From positions 1-64,000 of the forward strand of contig JALDZS010000024.1 in the NCBI GenBank assembly GCA_022813965.1: 64,000 nt of DNA, given 5' to 3'. The stretch comes from Toensbergia leucococca (lineage: Eukaryota). The notes under the pieces were generated by a model. It was not told the DNA's origin, ran no database searches, and saw only the letters and a program-made list of their open reading frames with translations. The position numbers and the translations under genes were made by a program. Below, in pieces: positions 12,537 through 24,269 of the stretch. Positions within the stretch are counted from its first letter, which is position 1, and every line of letters starts with the position of its first letter.

Positions 12537-14276
12537 ATGACTAGCACACCACAGCGTATCAGCGAAAAATCGCCGACACGCAATGCCCCCAAACTTGGTT
12601 CCTCTGGCACAAAGACATCACTAGAAAAAACCTTTGATGGCCGGCCAAGATTCCAAGGCTGCTCAGGTATCAAAAACTACGAGATCTTGGGAAAACTCGG
12701 AGAAGGGACCTTTGGTGAGGTCCACAAGGCTCGATCAACCAGGTCTGGCGATATTGTAGCTTTGAAGAAAATCTTGATGCACAATGAAAAGGATGGGTTC
12801 CCAATTACGGCTTTGCGAGAGATCAAACTCCTCAAAATGCTGTCGCATCCAAACGTCTTGAAGCTTGAGGAGATGGCCGTCGAACGCACTAAAGGTGACG
12901 GAAGAAAAAAAGCTATCATGTATATGGTCACCCCGTATATGGATCATGATCTCTCTGGACTCCTCGAAAACCCCGCGGTGCATTTCACCGAGCCGCAGAT
13001 TAAGTGCTACATGTTACAATTGCTCGAGGGACTACGATATCTGCATGCAAACAAAATCCTACATCGAGACATGAAAGCCGCCAACCTGCTGATCAACAAT
13101 CAGGGCATACTTCAGATTGCCGACTTTGGCTTGGCCCGACCGTACGATGATCCTATCCCGGAAGCAGGCCAAGGAGGTGGGGAAGCTACAAGGGATTATA
13201 CCACTCTAGTCGTGACTCGTTGGTATAGACCCCCAGAACTACTTCTTCACCTACGTCGATATACGACAGCCATTGATATGTGGGGCGTTGGCTGCGTATT
13301 TGGTGAGATGTTTAAAGGTAGGCCTATACTTGCCGGAAACAGCGATCTCAACCAAGCGCAGATGATTTTCGACCTTGTGGGATCGCCTACCGAAGAGAAC
13401 ATGCCAGGATGGAGCTCTCTTCCGGGCTGCGAGGGAGTACAATCATTTCAGCAGCGTCCTAGTACTCTAACGCAGGTGTTCAGAGAGCAAGGATCATCTG
13501 CCATCTCTTTACTTAGCGATCTTCTCAAACTCGATTGGCGAAAACGCATTAATGCAATGGATGCTTTGGAGCATCCTTATTTCAAGAACAACCCTCTACC
13601 TGCGAGGCCGGCTGAAATACCTCAATTCGAAGATTCTCACGAGTTGGATCGGCGGAAATTTCGGGGACAGCGAGCAGCGTTACCACCTGCGCCGGCTGGT
13701 GGGACTGTAGGCATGGGCCCAAACGGAGAATGGGCAAGCTCTTCCGGTCCTGCTAATTTACGAAGACCTCGAGGCGGTGATGGAGCTTTTCAGAACGGAC
13801 AACCGCCACATGGGCCTCCCCGGAACGGGCATGACAATCGAATACCGAACCCTCAGCAGCATTATAGAGGCGTAGGGATTCCCGGCCCACCGCAAAGTCA
13901 TCGTCCTGCATGGGCACGCGACGCGAATGGTCTTCCCCCTCGGCCACCTCCCAGTAATGCGGGCTGGGCAGGACAAGGCTGGGCAGGAGACGCGCAAGCT
14001 GAAGCAACGAGACCAAGACCGCCACCACCAAGGGGAGGACCACCTGGGAACTACCAGGTTGACACATATATCCCTACTTACGCAGGTGGAGGTGATGGAT
14101 TCAGAGCTCGTGAAGAAGGGCAGCGAAGAGATGATTGGGGAGATAGAGGGCGACCGGGTGAACGCCGGGAATACGAGGCTCGAGAATCTGATAGACGGCG
14201 AAGCAGAAGTCCCAATGCTTACCGAGAGAGAGAACGCCGAGATAGAGAAAGGGAACGAGGCCTGTACCGGCGTTGA
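12537..14276 (+). CDS. BUR1: Cyclin-dependent kinase Bur1/Sgv1 (CDK9-like), intronless
   Basis: [29 protein letters not shown] and [10 protein letters not shown], followed by a Pro/Gly/Arg-rich tail. Confidence 0.95.
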   Translation: MTSTPQRISEKSPTRNAPKLGSSGTKTSLEKTFDGRPRFQGCSGIKNYEILGKLGEGTFGEVHKARSTRSGDIVALKKILMHNEKDGFPITALREIKLLKMLSHPNVLKLEEMAVERTKGDGRKKAIMYMVTPYMDHDLSGLLENPAVHFTEPQIKCYMLQLLEGLRYLHANKILHRDMKAANLLINNQGILQIADFGLARPYDDPIPEAGQGGGEATRDYTTLVVTRWYRPPELLLHLRRYTTAIDMWGVGCVFGEMFKGRPILAGNSDLNQAQMIFDLVGSPTEENMPGWSSLPGCEGVQSFQQRPSTLTQVFREQGSSAISLLSDLLKLDWRKRINAMDALEHPYFKNNPLPARPAEIPQFEDSHELDRRKFRGQRAALPPAPAGGTVGMGPNGEWASSSGPANLRRPRGGDGAFQNGQPPHGPPRNGHDNRIPNPQQHYRGVGIPGPPQSHRPAWARDANGLPPRPPPSNAGWAGQGWAGDAQAEATRPRPPPPRGGPPGNYQVDTYIPTYAGGGDGFRAREEGQRRDDWGDRGRPGERREYEARESDRRRSRSPNAYRERERRDRERERGLYRR

Positions 14277-14731
14277 AGAGGATTCACGGTGTCTTCGGTA
14301 CCTATTTAGGATCCGCGATGGTGCCATGCTGACGGGGCGTGGTCTTTGGGAAGGAGTTGAATGGTCGCATTGGGCGGCGTCGTGGTGCACGGATGTGTAA
14401 TTTCGGCAGGAGCGGCATACTGATTACTGACCTCGGGGTGTTGCAAGCAATGGCAATTATTCACTCTAAATTCACTTCCTCGATCAAGAAAGCATTTCTC
14501 ATTGAGTATCAATCATTCAAGGATACATTGCGCAAATTGGGCTTAACTTGCAGCCATGCCAAGGAGCATTTTATAGCCTCATGCCATCATGCTGATATGA
14601 CTTTTAATAGTTACAGTACGTCATCCTGACCCCTGCTCTTTTTCTAGATTTTCTCGGCACAAATCGCCTCTTGCAAACTCCGACTAGTAAAATTGCAAGC
14701 CAGTCATCTTGAATATAGATCTTTCTGGACT

Positions 14732-16496
14732 ATGGGGTCAGAAGCGCTCCTGTATGGTCACTATGATCATACGCTTGACACTGCCCGACTCGTGAGGAAT
14801 GACAGCCCTGGAAAATGGATAGTACAGAAATTTGGCGGAACAAGCCTGGGCAAATTTGCTGACAGAGTCGCCGAGGATATTGTAAGGTGCGGCGGATCCC
14901 AGCCTCTGATAAAGCCGTCCTATACACTGAACATGTTCCTTTTTTAGAGTGAGCCTTAGTGACAAACGCGTAGCAGTTGTATGCTCTGCTCGTAGCAATC
15001 ACACGAAAATGAAAGGTACCACCAATAGGTGAGTCATTACATCTGCTCTACTCCTCAGCTCTTCACCACTGAGGAATCGCCGGCAGGCTCCTGCGAGCTG
15101 CAAGAGAAGCCGAGAAGCCAGACTCGCAATCCTATAGGGCGATTGTCGATTGCATCCACGATGATCACTTTCGAGCTGCGAGGTCCTGCATTACTTCACC
15201 GACCATTATTGCCAGTCTCTTGGAAGAGATGGAGGAAGAATGCCGGGACCTGACGGCATTCCTGGCAGCAGCACAAAGGGTAGGAGAAATAAGTCCGAAA
15301 ACCGTGGATAAGATCATTAGTAAGGGTGAAAATCTCAGTGGTCGTTTTGTAGCCGCTTTACTACGGGATCGAGGCGTTGATTCGCAATTTGTCAATATGG
15401 CTGAGGTCATCAACTTCAACGTCCCGCACGGCCTCGATCAAGATTTCTACCGTCAGGTAGCCACTGTGTTTAGAATGAGAATAGAAGCATGCGGTGAAAA
15501 GGTTCCTGTCATCACTGGTTATTTCGGACCTATCCCCGGAGGTTTACTGGGCCACATTGGACGAGGATATACAGATCTCTGTGCAGCCCTGGTAGCAGTG
15601 GGCCTTGATGCGGAGGAATTGCAGGTATGGAAGGAAGTCGACGGAATATTCACGGCAGATCCTCGAAAGGTTCCAACTGCGCGGTTATTGCCGACGATCA
15701 GTCCTGCAGAAGCCGCCGAGCTCACATTCTACGGCTCCGAGGTCATCCACCCTTTCACCATGGAACAAGTAATTCGAGCAAGGATACCAATACGTATCAA
15801 AAATGTCACGAACCCTCGTGGTTCTGGCACAATTATTTCTCCAGATAGTGTGTCAGAGCGCGACGCATCTGCTCCTGGCAATGATTTAAAACTCTTCCGC
15901 ACTCGAAGTTCCAGTGTGCTATCAGAAAGCCAACGGCCTAAGCGGCCCACAGCGGTTACCATCAAGCACAACATACTGGTAATCAACGTGCATTCAAACA
16001 GACGCTCTCTGTCTCACGGGTTCTTTGCCAAGATTTTCTCTACGCTGGATAAATGGAGTTTATCCGTTGATCTTATCGCCACATCCGAGGTGCATGTTTC
16101 TATGGCTTTGCATTCGGAATCTGCCCTCGTCAGTGGAGGCGGCGAAGATGAGAAAAGAATTGTAGACCAGGATCTTCAAGGTGCGATTGACGAACTGAGG
16201 AGGTACGGCACAGTTGATATCACCGACAGCATGGCACTCCTGAGCCTGGTCGGAAAGCAAATGAAAAACATGGTGGGTATCGCCGGAAAAATGTTCTCAA
16301 CGCTGGGTGAGCACAACATAAATATTGAGATGATATCTCAAGGTAGCCAGCTAGATATCTCTTTGACAATGTTCAAGAGGCTAATCAGCTGGATCTAGGG
16401 GCAAGCGAGATTAATATCTCTTGCGTGATTGAGGAGCGAGATGCGGATCGAGCAATAAACATTCTTCATACGAATCTTTTCACGTTCTTAGACTGA
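14732..16496 (+). CDS. HOM3: Aspartate kinase
   Basis: WIVQKFGGTS, GRGYTDL, WKEVDGIFTADPRKVP and ELTFYGSEVIHP, plus ACT domains ending NIEMISQG|ASEINISCVI. Confidence 0.95.
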
Positions 16497-17400
16497 TAGA
16501 TAAATGGGAGGTTCAATACCTCAGGTGGCTGGCATTGCTAGACGTGCTCTGAGATGCAGAGTGATGAAGTCTCGGGTTCTGGATTGGATACGAAGCCTTC
16601 TAACTAGAACAAGGCCTGAGAGTCTGAGACATAATCTACGCGTCGAAGCGCCGTGCCTGCTTGCTGGACGGACCATGGCCAATGACTCCAAAGACGACGT
16701 GAGAGAATGAATACGTGTAACCAAGAGTACTCTATGTCAAGAGACGGTAGACTAGAGAAGCAAGCGTATGCCTGCATGGAGTAATCGAGCTTTTCCTTGT
16801 ACTCGGCGTGCGGAAGACTTGGAACGAGAAGTAGGGCGAGGGCTAGGGCGTCGCGCCTCGTCTAAAACTCGTCCCCCACCTTCGTCTCTCCCCTCATCAT
16901 TATCATCTGTATGACCCCTTCGGATTCCTCGATTCCCTCCATCTTCACTTCTCTTCATTTCCATTTGCTCCCAGTCCTTCTGCTAGAGACTACAGCATTT
17001 ACTTTTGCACGTTTAGCATCGCATTACTACGACCTCAAGCCAGCTTCAGCTTCGCCTCCCTTGCTTTGATCTTCAGCTTACTCCATCCATTCCCACCCAG
17101 AGCAACTTGCACTTCCATAACCTCCTGCTACCCAAAAACGATCGGTAGTGCAGCCTTGCTCCTACCATTGACCACACTATCCGAAACTCATCTAGCACTC
17201 CATATTGCATCATTCCAATCTCCTGTGCATACGATACTTTCGACTCCGCCAAGGCAAAGCAATCTCATCTCAGCCACATTTTACCATCAATTATCACGAC
17301 GGCCAACATCGTCAGATATCTCTAAAACTTCAGATGCACGCGTTATAAAAACTCTAGTATCCATCGTCCTTCTTGGTAATCATATCTCGCCTGATCGGCC

Positions 17401-19560
17401 ATGGCCTCGACGCGACGCCCACCCATGCAAATCTTCCACGACCAACTCACGCCCTACAACCCCGTCGGATTGCCCTTGCCGCCTAATTCGAGCATTGCGA
17501 TGCCGTTGTCGTCCACCGGAAATGCTCGGATCAATATCCTTGCGCCTAAAGATATCGTCTTCAATCCTCCCGTAATACAACATGCTGCACAGTCGCCTTG
17601 CAAATCCTATTTCCAACGGACCTTATCTCCACTCAAACCTGCCTTTTGCGATACGACGAACGTTTCTCTTCCGCTTCCACAAGTACCAGCCTTCGTTACC
17701 GATTCACCAGCCAAAAAATCTACCGTCTCCATGTTCCACCCAATTGCACCACAGAAACCACAAAAGGCCTTGTTCAATACCTTTCCCTACGCAAAATCAA
17801 TGGACAAGGAAAATTTCAATCCAGCGTATCTCAGCGACAATTTTGCAGAATTTCCCGACCCTTCGTACGTCTACAAGGCCCCGTTGGAAAGAACTTTGTT
17901 AGAAGCTGCTCCACTCCAAGACAGGCAATTTCAAAAACCACAACTGGAAGACTTGGCAGTGCGGCATTTACCTGAGCCGCAGAATATGCCCCAGATTGAA
18001 GACGACGGAACCAAGCCTCCCTACAGCTATGCAGCACTTATTGGCATGTCAATTCTTCGGGCCCAGAACCGTCGTTTGACCTTGGCGCAGATTTACAAGT
18101 GGATCTCAGACACGTTCTCGTATTACCGAGTGTCCGAGTCCGGCTGGCAGAACAGCATCCGTCATAACCTTAGTCTCAACAAGGCCTTCATCAAGCAGGA
18201 GAGACCTAAGGATGATCCTGGTAAGGGGAATTACTGGGCCATTGAGCCAGGGATGGAGTCGCAATTCGTCAAAGACAAGCCTTCTCGTCGCTCAGCATCG
18301 TCTTTCAGCTCGAGCATGAAAATGGGTTCCCAGCCTTCAAGTGAAACGAATGCCAGCGCATGGGGTTGTACAAGCAAGTCTACTGCTAATCTGGATGTCG
18401 GAGTCACTGAGAGCTTTGAACCTTCATCAGACGCAACCATTCCGGCCTCGGATGCAGCGTTTCCTGAAGATGTCGAAGAAGTGATGATCATGCCACCGCC
18501 TTCATCGCGCTTCCCACCCTCATCTCCGCTTCAGGCTATCCACTCCTCTCCGCCGGTCGTTCGCCGATTATCACCCTGTGCAAGTACACCCCTTTTAGCA
18601 CCCAACATCCCTTCATCTTCCAGCATGTCTGGGTCCAGGAAGCGAAAAATGGCTGCAATGAACGATAGCGGTTATTTTTCTTCCCTTGAATCATCAGCAA
18701 CAAGACCTTATCCTAACGGCAACCCGGTCACTTCCGTGGCTGATATGGAATGGCCAAGGATCAAGCGAGGGCGTGCAGAGGAAGAGATTGCGCGTATCCG
18801 CTCTTCCTCACATGACATCAGCCCACTGAAAGGTCGGGCCATATTAAGGCAACCAACGCCTCAGATATTTTCGTCTTCTCCGTTGCGTCACTTTGATAGC
18901 TCAGTGATGCTTCCGCCTTTGACTCCCGCAAGCGCATTCAAATTGCCTGCTAAGCCACCGGCGTCGATCTCACCAAATACAAACTTGCGAAATCATCGTA
19001 ATAGGATAAGAGAACTTGTCGGCTCCCCAGTTAAGAGTATGACTTTGCTCCACGACGAAATCCCCTTTAGTCCTGCCTTCAACATCGTCGAAGATGAGTT
19101 CTATGTATTTGAGGATAATCTCAATGCAAGTTCCAATGTCTTCACTGCTAAACATGAAAACGGCTTCGTCGGTGGTTCTTTGGGATCTCCACAGAAGCGT
19201 TCTGTTCGACGTCCTCGTATCGACCGTGCGAGCACCACCCTTGGCGTTCTTGTGGATGCGACCGGTATCAACATGAACAGCAGAGCCATAAGTCCGGCTT
19301 TCAGAGCTCCTTGCCTGGACTCGCCTACTCTACGGATGTCGCCAGCTAAGTCGCCTCATTCTCAAAATAACATCATCGACGTCTCAAAAGACGAACTTTT
19401 TGGCTTAGACCTTTCTGCAGAAGAAGACACAGACGATTTTGGCGGACTAGATATCTTGCAAGGCTTTCGGAAGATTGGACGCCAGGATAAGGAGAATGTA
19501 GGAGCCGTGAAGCTAGCCAGACCATTGCTTGGAGCTAGAAATCATACTTCGCGCTTTTAG
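17401..19560 (+). CDS. Forkhead transcription factor, Sep1/Hcm1 type (no FHA domain seen)
   Basis: KPPYSYAALI…WQNSIRHNLSLNKAFIK…GKGNYW in a 719-aa intronless ORF. Confidence 0.92.
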   Translation: MASTRRPPMQIFHDQLTPYNPVGLPLPPNSSIAMPLSSTGNARINILAPKDIVFNPPVIQHAAQSPCKSYFQRTLSPLKPAFCDTTNVSLPLPQVPAFVTDSPAKKSTVSMFHPIAPQKPQKALFNTFPYAKSMDKENFNPAYLSDNFAEFPDPSYVYKAPLERTLLEAAPLQDRQFQKPQLEDLAVRHLPEPQNMPQIEDDGTKPPYSYAALIGMSILRAQNRRLTLAQIYKWISDTFSYYRVSESGWQNSIRHNLSLNKAFIKQERPKDDPGKGNYWAIEPGMESQFVKDKPSRRSASSFSSSMKMGSQPSSETNASAWGCTSKSTANLDVGVTESFEPSSDATIPASDAAFPEDVEEVMIMPPPSSRFPPSSPLQAIHSSPPVVRRLSPCASTPLLAPNIPSSSSMSGSRKRKMAAMNDSGYFSSLESSATRPYPNGNPVTSVADMEWPRIKRGRAEEEIARIRSSSHDISPLKGRAILRQPTPQIFSSSPLRHFDSSVMLPPLTPASAFKLPAKPPASISPNTNLRNHRNRIRELVGSPVKSMTLLHDEIPFSPAFNIVEDEFYVFEDNLNASSNVFTAKHENGFVGGSLGSPQKRSVRRPRIDRASTTLGVLVDATGINMNSRAISPAFRAPCLDSPTLRMSPAKSPHSQNNIIDVSKDELFGLDLSAEEDTDDFGGLDILQGFRKIGRQDKENVGAVKLARPLLGARNHTSRF

Positions 19561-20464
19561 GCCTTGCAGCCGACGTGTCAAACTTGGAGAATTTCAAGAA
19601 GCGGAGAAGACAACAGTCATTGCCATGGATCTTCCGGATCCTGCCAACTATTTGGGCTTCGGCTGGCTGGGTGAACCAGCTCACTACATTCTTGATTGTC
19701 TGCAAGATGTCTGATCTGGACACATAATTCACAGGCAACGCAGTCCGATTACAAAGTTATTCAAGGTCTTCTTGTCGTGTCCTCAATCGGTATGCAGCAG
19801 TCTTGCACATCAAACCCGCGCTTATTCTAGCATTGTGTTTTAAAGTACTTGTTTGTTGGTCCTGTATCGGCGCATGTTTGGTTGTTGAGTGGGGTTTGGA
19901 CTGCGGTCTTAGCTCTGTGGTGATGACATACCTAGGAGGATATGACAATAAACGAGCTGTGCATGACTACCAAGATGTAACGACTGCAATGACCAATGAC
20001 ATGGTCCGACGGAGGACTTTTTCCAACCACGCTCTCTTTCAAGAATGATAGACGGATAGTATCTTATATTTTATGCGGGACGTGTTCTCTATCGATGCAA
20101 ATCAATCCAATATGTTATTTCAATCCGGACCAAGTGTAAACTCTATAGTGGTGTTTCTAGCAAGTGAGATGATTTCAGGGCTGTTTGGCCCGAGCTAACT
20201 TCTGGGATGCACCTTATTTAGTCTTGACAATTGACATTGAAGCTGGCAGAACAAGCTAAGTTTACTAAACACGGCGACAATGGTGCATCTGGAGTAGTAC
20301 TCAAATTCGGTGAGTAGAAAGGTTGCCATGCTCGGTACTTATCAATCTTCTCTATGAACGAGGCACTAGTACAAATGGGTATCGCTCTCTCTACTCGTAG
20401 AGTAAATTCAATCCCCTTGATAACGTGCATCTCACCCATCGCATGGTACTTGCTTTCAGATCTG

Positions 20465-21912
20465 CTACCATTCCACACCGTTATTTACTTGGAACTTTGT
20501 AACCTTGATGAAACTACTGACGTTCTCCCAAGACCTTGCCTCTTCCAGATACGCCGCCAACTGACTGAGCACGTCCCCTCCCGCTTCCAATTTCACCTGA
20601 CTTTTTGTGAACATCGGTATTTCGATTAGATTGTGGGGTTGCTTGCAGGCTTTCAGAGGACTATCATCAACAAGTACCGTGTTCTCCTGGCCCCATCTCA
20701 TTTCTCTAGCATAAAATGGATGTGCTCGTTGAATTGCGTCGTTTGCCCATGTCCGATCCAGGCGCTTGTACACTTGAAGCTTCTGAGCATACTGGATCGC
20801 AGTTAGATCGAATTTGTCTCTTGCCCATTCGCCGAGCAAATTCATGCGTTGTTCGATGGTGAAGATTCTACCGCAGATGGCGGAGACGTTGCGGGGAGAT
20901 GCCGAGGACCAAATGAGGACTTTGTGGTTATCGATGCAGTATTTCAGAAAGCGATCCAGGCCAGGACGCGGAGTGTATGTTGATTTCCCATGTGTTCGTG
21001 ACAGGAGAGTGCCGTTGAGATCAAGTACTATGAGAAGCGTCTGAGGAGTGGAAAGCCTGGATAATCGAGACGAGGCAGACGCAAGGTACTCAACAGTAGG
21101 CGTAGGGACGGGTAGCGGCGTGATTTCGTCTTCCGATAAAGTAGAGGTCAAACCTTTAAGAACTGATTGCCTTGTGCTATATCCTGAGCTATGTGAAGGT
21201 GAGACCGACCCACGATCTCGAGCTGCCTCGGCTGCGTTGTTCGATTGAGAACCTGGCGCTTGAGCTGTAGTTCCTGTTCGATGTCTAAAATATTTATCAA
21301 CAGCTACAGTAGACCTTTGCGAGACTTCGATACTAACCGTGTAGTTCGATATGGGATAAAGTCATGACCTGGCTGATTACTAAAGACTGGAGGCTTTCCG
21401 AGGGGAGAAATTGATAGGAGTCGATACGATGGTATGCGCGAGCTTAGTGCCCGAGCCGGAGTAGCTGAGGTAAGCGAAGTGCTGATAGTAATAGTGTCTC
21501 CTTTGCCTTTGTCGCTGCTGTGACACTCATCGGACCATTTTTCAGCGAGATGGGCACACTCCTTATCTACGGTGGCGATCTGAGTATCTTCCAATTTGCC
21601 GTACGTACTTGAAGAGCTAAGGAGACCAAGGCCACGAGAAATTGGGAGTTGATTGTTCCCTGCTGGCTGACCACTAGAGCGCACAGGTTTCTCTTCGACG
21701 GTCAGGTCGGCCACGGCCAAAGCATTCACGTAATCCTCATAATCCATATTTGGTGCCCACCCGCTCAAAACAGGACGTGTGATTTGCTTCAGGCTTGATG
21801 GCCGTTGAGCCACGACGGCAGCTGACTTGAAAGGGGTTGTGTTATTTTGACTGCTTCAAAGATTGGGGTGATGAGATTACCTGAGCCTGGGAGGTGGTTG
21901 CAAACGCGGCAT
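20465..21912 (-). CDS. FCP1/NIF-like HAD-family protein with a long disordered N-terminus (3 exons)
   Basis: LIVLDLNGTL, PRPGLDRFL, IWSSA, YKRL and NTVLVDDS…QPHN. Confidence 0.8.
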
Positions 21913-22165
21913 GATTGATAGTAGACAAAGTTCGAGATAAGTTCGAGAAAGCGAAGCACAGCAGGTTAGGCGGCTGTAGCGCGTATGGGCTGATATGCAT
22001 GTACAAATGTACAGACATCGAAGTGAATTCGAGAATTGGTGAATGGTCGTAAACAGTATCCGTAGAACTACGTCATAGGTACGGATAAACACACAGGTTA
22101 CTCGCCGACTCCACAGGGATCCTCCGGACACTACCGAATATCTGTGTCCGAGGGTCCCACGTCCG

Positions 22166-22174
22166 TACTCCGTA
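22166..22174 (-). promoter_or_regulatory. TACGGAGTA motif (HAD protein/RRP36 divergent region)
   Basis: Exact match; the 17-nt context is identical to 3658-3674. Confidence 0.5.
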
Positions 22175-22247
22175 CACATCGAGGGATATTCGTACTCCAT
22201 ACATGGACAGAACTTCTACGAGCAATCAAGGCTTGATGTCAAGTAAA

Positions 22248-23183
22248 ATGGTGTCAACGGAATTTGCAGCTAGACAAGTCGGATCACGGAAAACCACGAG
22301 CGATGAAGAGCTCATCTCATACAGTCATTCCAATTCGGCTGCTTCCGATCAGAAGACAGAAGACACTACAGACCAAAGTGATGTAAGGATCTGCCTTGGG
22401 ACCTTGATAGGATACTGCTTACGACTTTGATAGTCGCAGATAGAAGAAGCGGAAAATTATTACCAGGACATTCCACAAGCTACCGCTATCATATCCTTTG
22501 GCGCTCTGGCCAAAGCGCAAGACATCTTTGGAAAGCGCAAACGCAATGAACAGTCTAAGGATCCTCGAGACTCGACCAAACCCCTGGAATACAGAGACTC
22601 CGAAGCTGTGGAACGCAGAGCTGGGAAGAAAGACTTGCGTGACTTTTCGCGCTCATCAAAACATGCTCCAATTGAGCTGTCGTCAAAGAAAGCAGTTTCT
22701 CGCAGGCGTGAAGTGATCCCCATCACCAAGCTCGACTACCGAGATCCGCGCTTTGAGCCTCTGAGCGGCCCTATCGATGAAAGTAAAATTAAACAAAATT
22801 ACTCCTTCCTAGACGATTATCGTGACTCTGAAATCGCGGAGCTCAAAAATAGCATACGACAGACAAGAGACGTCGAAGCGAAAGAAGAACTGAAGAGGGC
22901 CTTGCTAAGAAAGGAATCTCGTAAGAAAACTCAGCAAGCAAAGGATAAACAACAAGATGTCTTGAGGAAGCACCGTGCGAAGGAAAAGGAGCTGATTTTG
23001 CAAGGGAAGAAGCCTTTCTATTTGAAATCGGCCGAGCAGAAAAAGTTGGCGCTGGTGGAGCGTTTTGAGGGAATGAAAGGAAAACAGGCGGAAAAAGCCA
23101 TTGAAAGGAGAAGGAAAAAGAAGGCGGGAATGGAGAGGAAAGGAATGCCGAGTGAGAGAAGAGCTGCGGAGACATGGCTATAG
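22248..23183 (+). CDS. RRP36: rRNA biogenesis protein Rrp36
   Basis: SSKHAPIELSSKKAVSRRR, RDPRF, YSFLDDYR and GKKPFYLK. One intron near 22383-22433. Confidence 0.9.
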
Positions 23184-24269
23184 CAATTCTCGGTTCATCT
23201 ACATTAATGGCCAGAACGGACTTTCTGCAATAGGCGCTCTGTTGAAAACAGCGACGTCGTTTCGTTTGCGGGTTCTCGAGCTTCTACACCGCTATGAAGT
23301 TCTGTGTTGAAAAGGCTCTATATATGTCTATGCGGTAGCATAAAGAGACAAAAAACTCATTGTCAAAGATATGCATCATCTGCTTCACAAATGCTCTTAG
23401 ATATTGGGTACTCGTCCTCTCCCATTAATACCCGCAACGGTGCATTTCAAAATGTCATCGTCATCTTATAACGTATTATCAAAAGCCTCGCGCAACTCGC
23501 CACTTCGTCTGCTTGCATGTGGTCTCGCCCCATTCACCTTACTCTTCCACGAGTAGCCTCCAAGTGAGGCGGACCGGTCGAACCGTACGCGTTATCGTGC
23601 ACAGTCTGTGGAAGGTAGAAGGTGTCCCTGACTTGTAGCCTCATCTTAGATAAAAACTCTCCCTGGGTGCTTGTCGCAAGCGCTGCAGTAGAATTATAAG
23701 TGGAGTCTACTTTTGGACGGGTGGATGCATCAAAAGCAAGAGAAAGGAAGCCCAAAACAGCTACTTGCAGTGGGCTCATTCGCCGGAACAGCAGCAGTTG
23801 GGACTGAAAATAAGACAATGAACGGAGAAGATAGGGCAACGATTCTGGACTCAAAATGCCAATGAGAAAGCCTTTGGGTGCCTGCGATTTATTCTCGTCA
23901 GTGATTAACTGAGTCTGCGGTCAGAGAAAAATCAAGTATCGTAAGAATTGGCGAAAGATCAATTCATCGAGACTGAGCGCATGATAGATGATTTGTCTAT
24001 TCGATTGATCCTCGTCCATAAGACATGGGATCTTCATCAGATCCTTTTTGACATATGTACAATGCTAACACATATTCATTGTACAACGTTGACAACTCTT
24101 TATCCTCGTAAGCCTTGCTTTGCCATCCATACTCCAACGCCAGATACTTGTTGACTTGTTTGGTCCGAGACCCGGATATTACAAAATGGTTTCGTCAGCG
24201 TAATCGACGATTCCATAGGCAATCTCCACAAACGCCTTCGAACACCGGTAGAACAGCGATGCAGGGATA

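Noticed and set aside
13753..14400. Long antisense and alternative-frame ORFs over BUR1, and similar ones over EF1-gamma and MDR
   Set aside because: Shadow ORFs from codon bias and low-complexity sequence, with no recognisable domains.
15030..15036. TGAGTCA (Gcn4/CpcA site) in HOM3
   Set aside because: It coincides with a GTGAGT splice donor, which explains it. The same applies at the MRPS9 donor.
23534..23854. 106-aa minus-strand ORF between RRP36 and the Dig1-like gene
   Set aside because: Non-ATG start and no motifs; more likely part of the 3' UTR.
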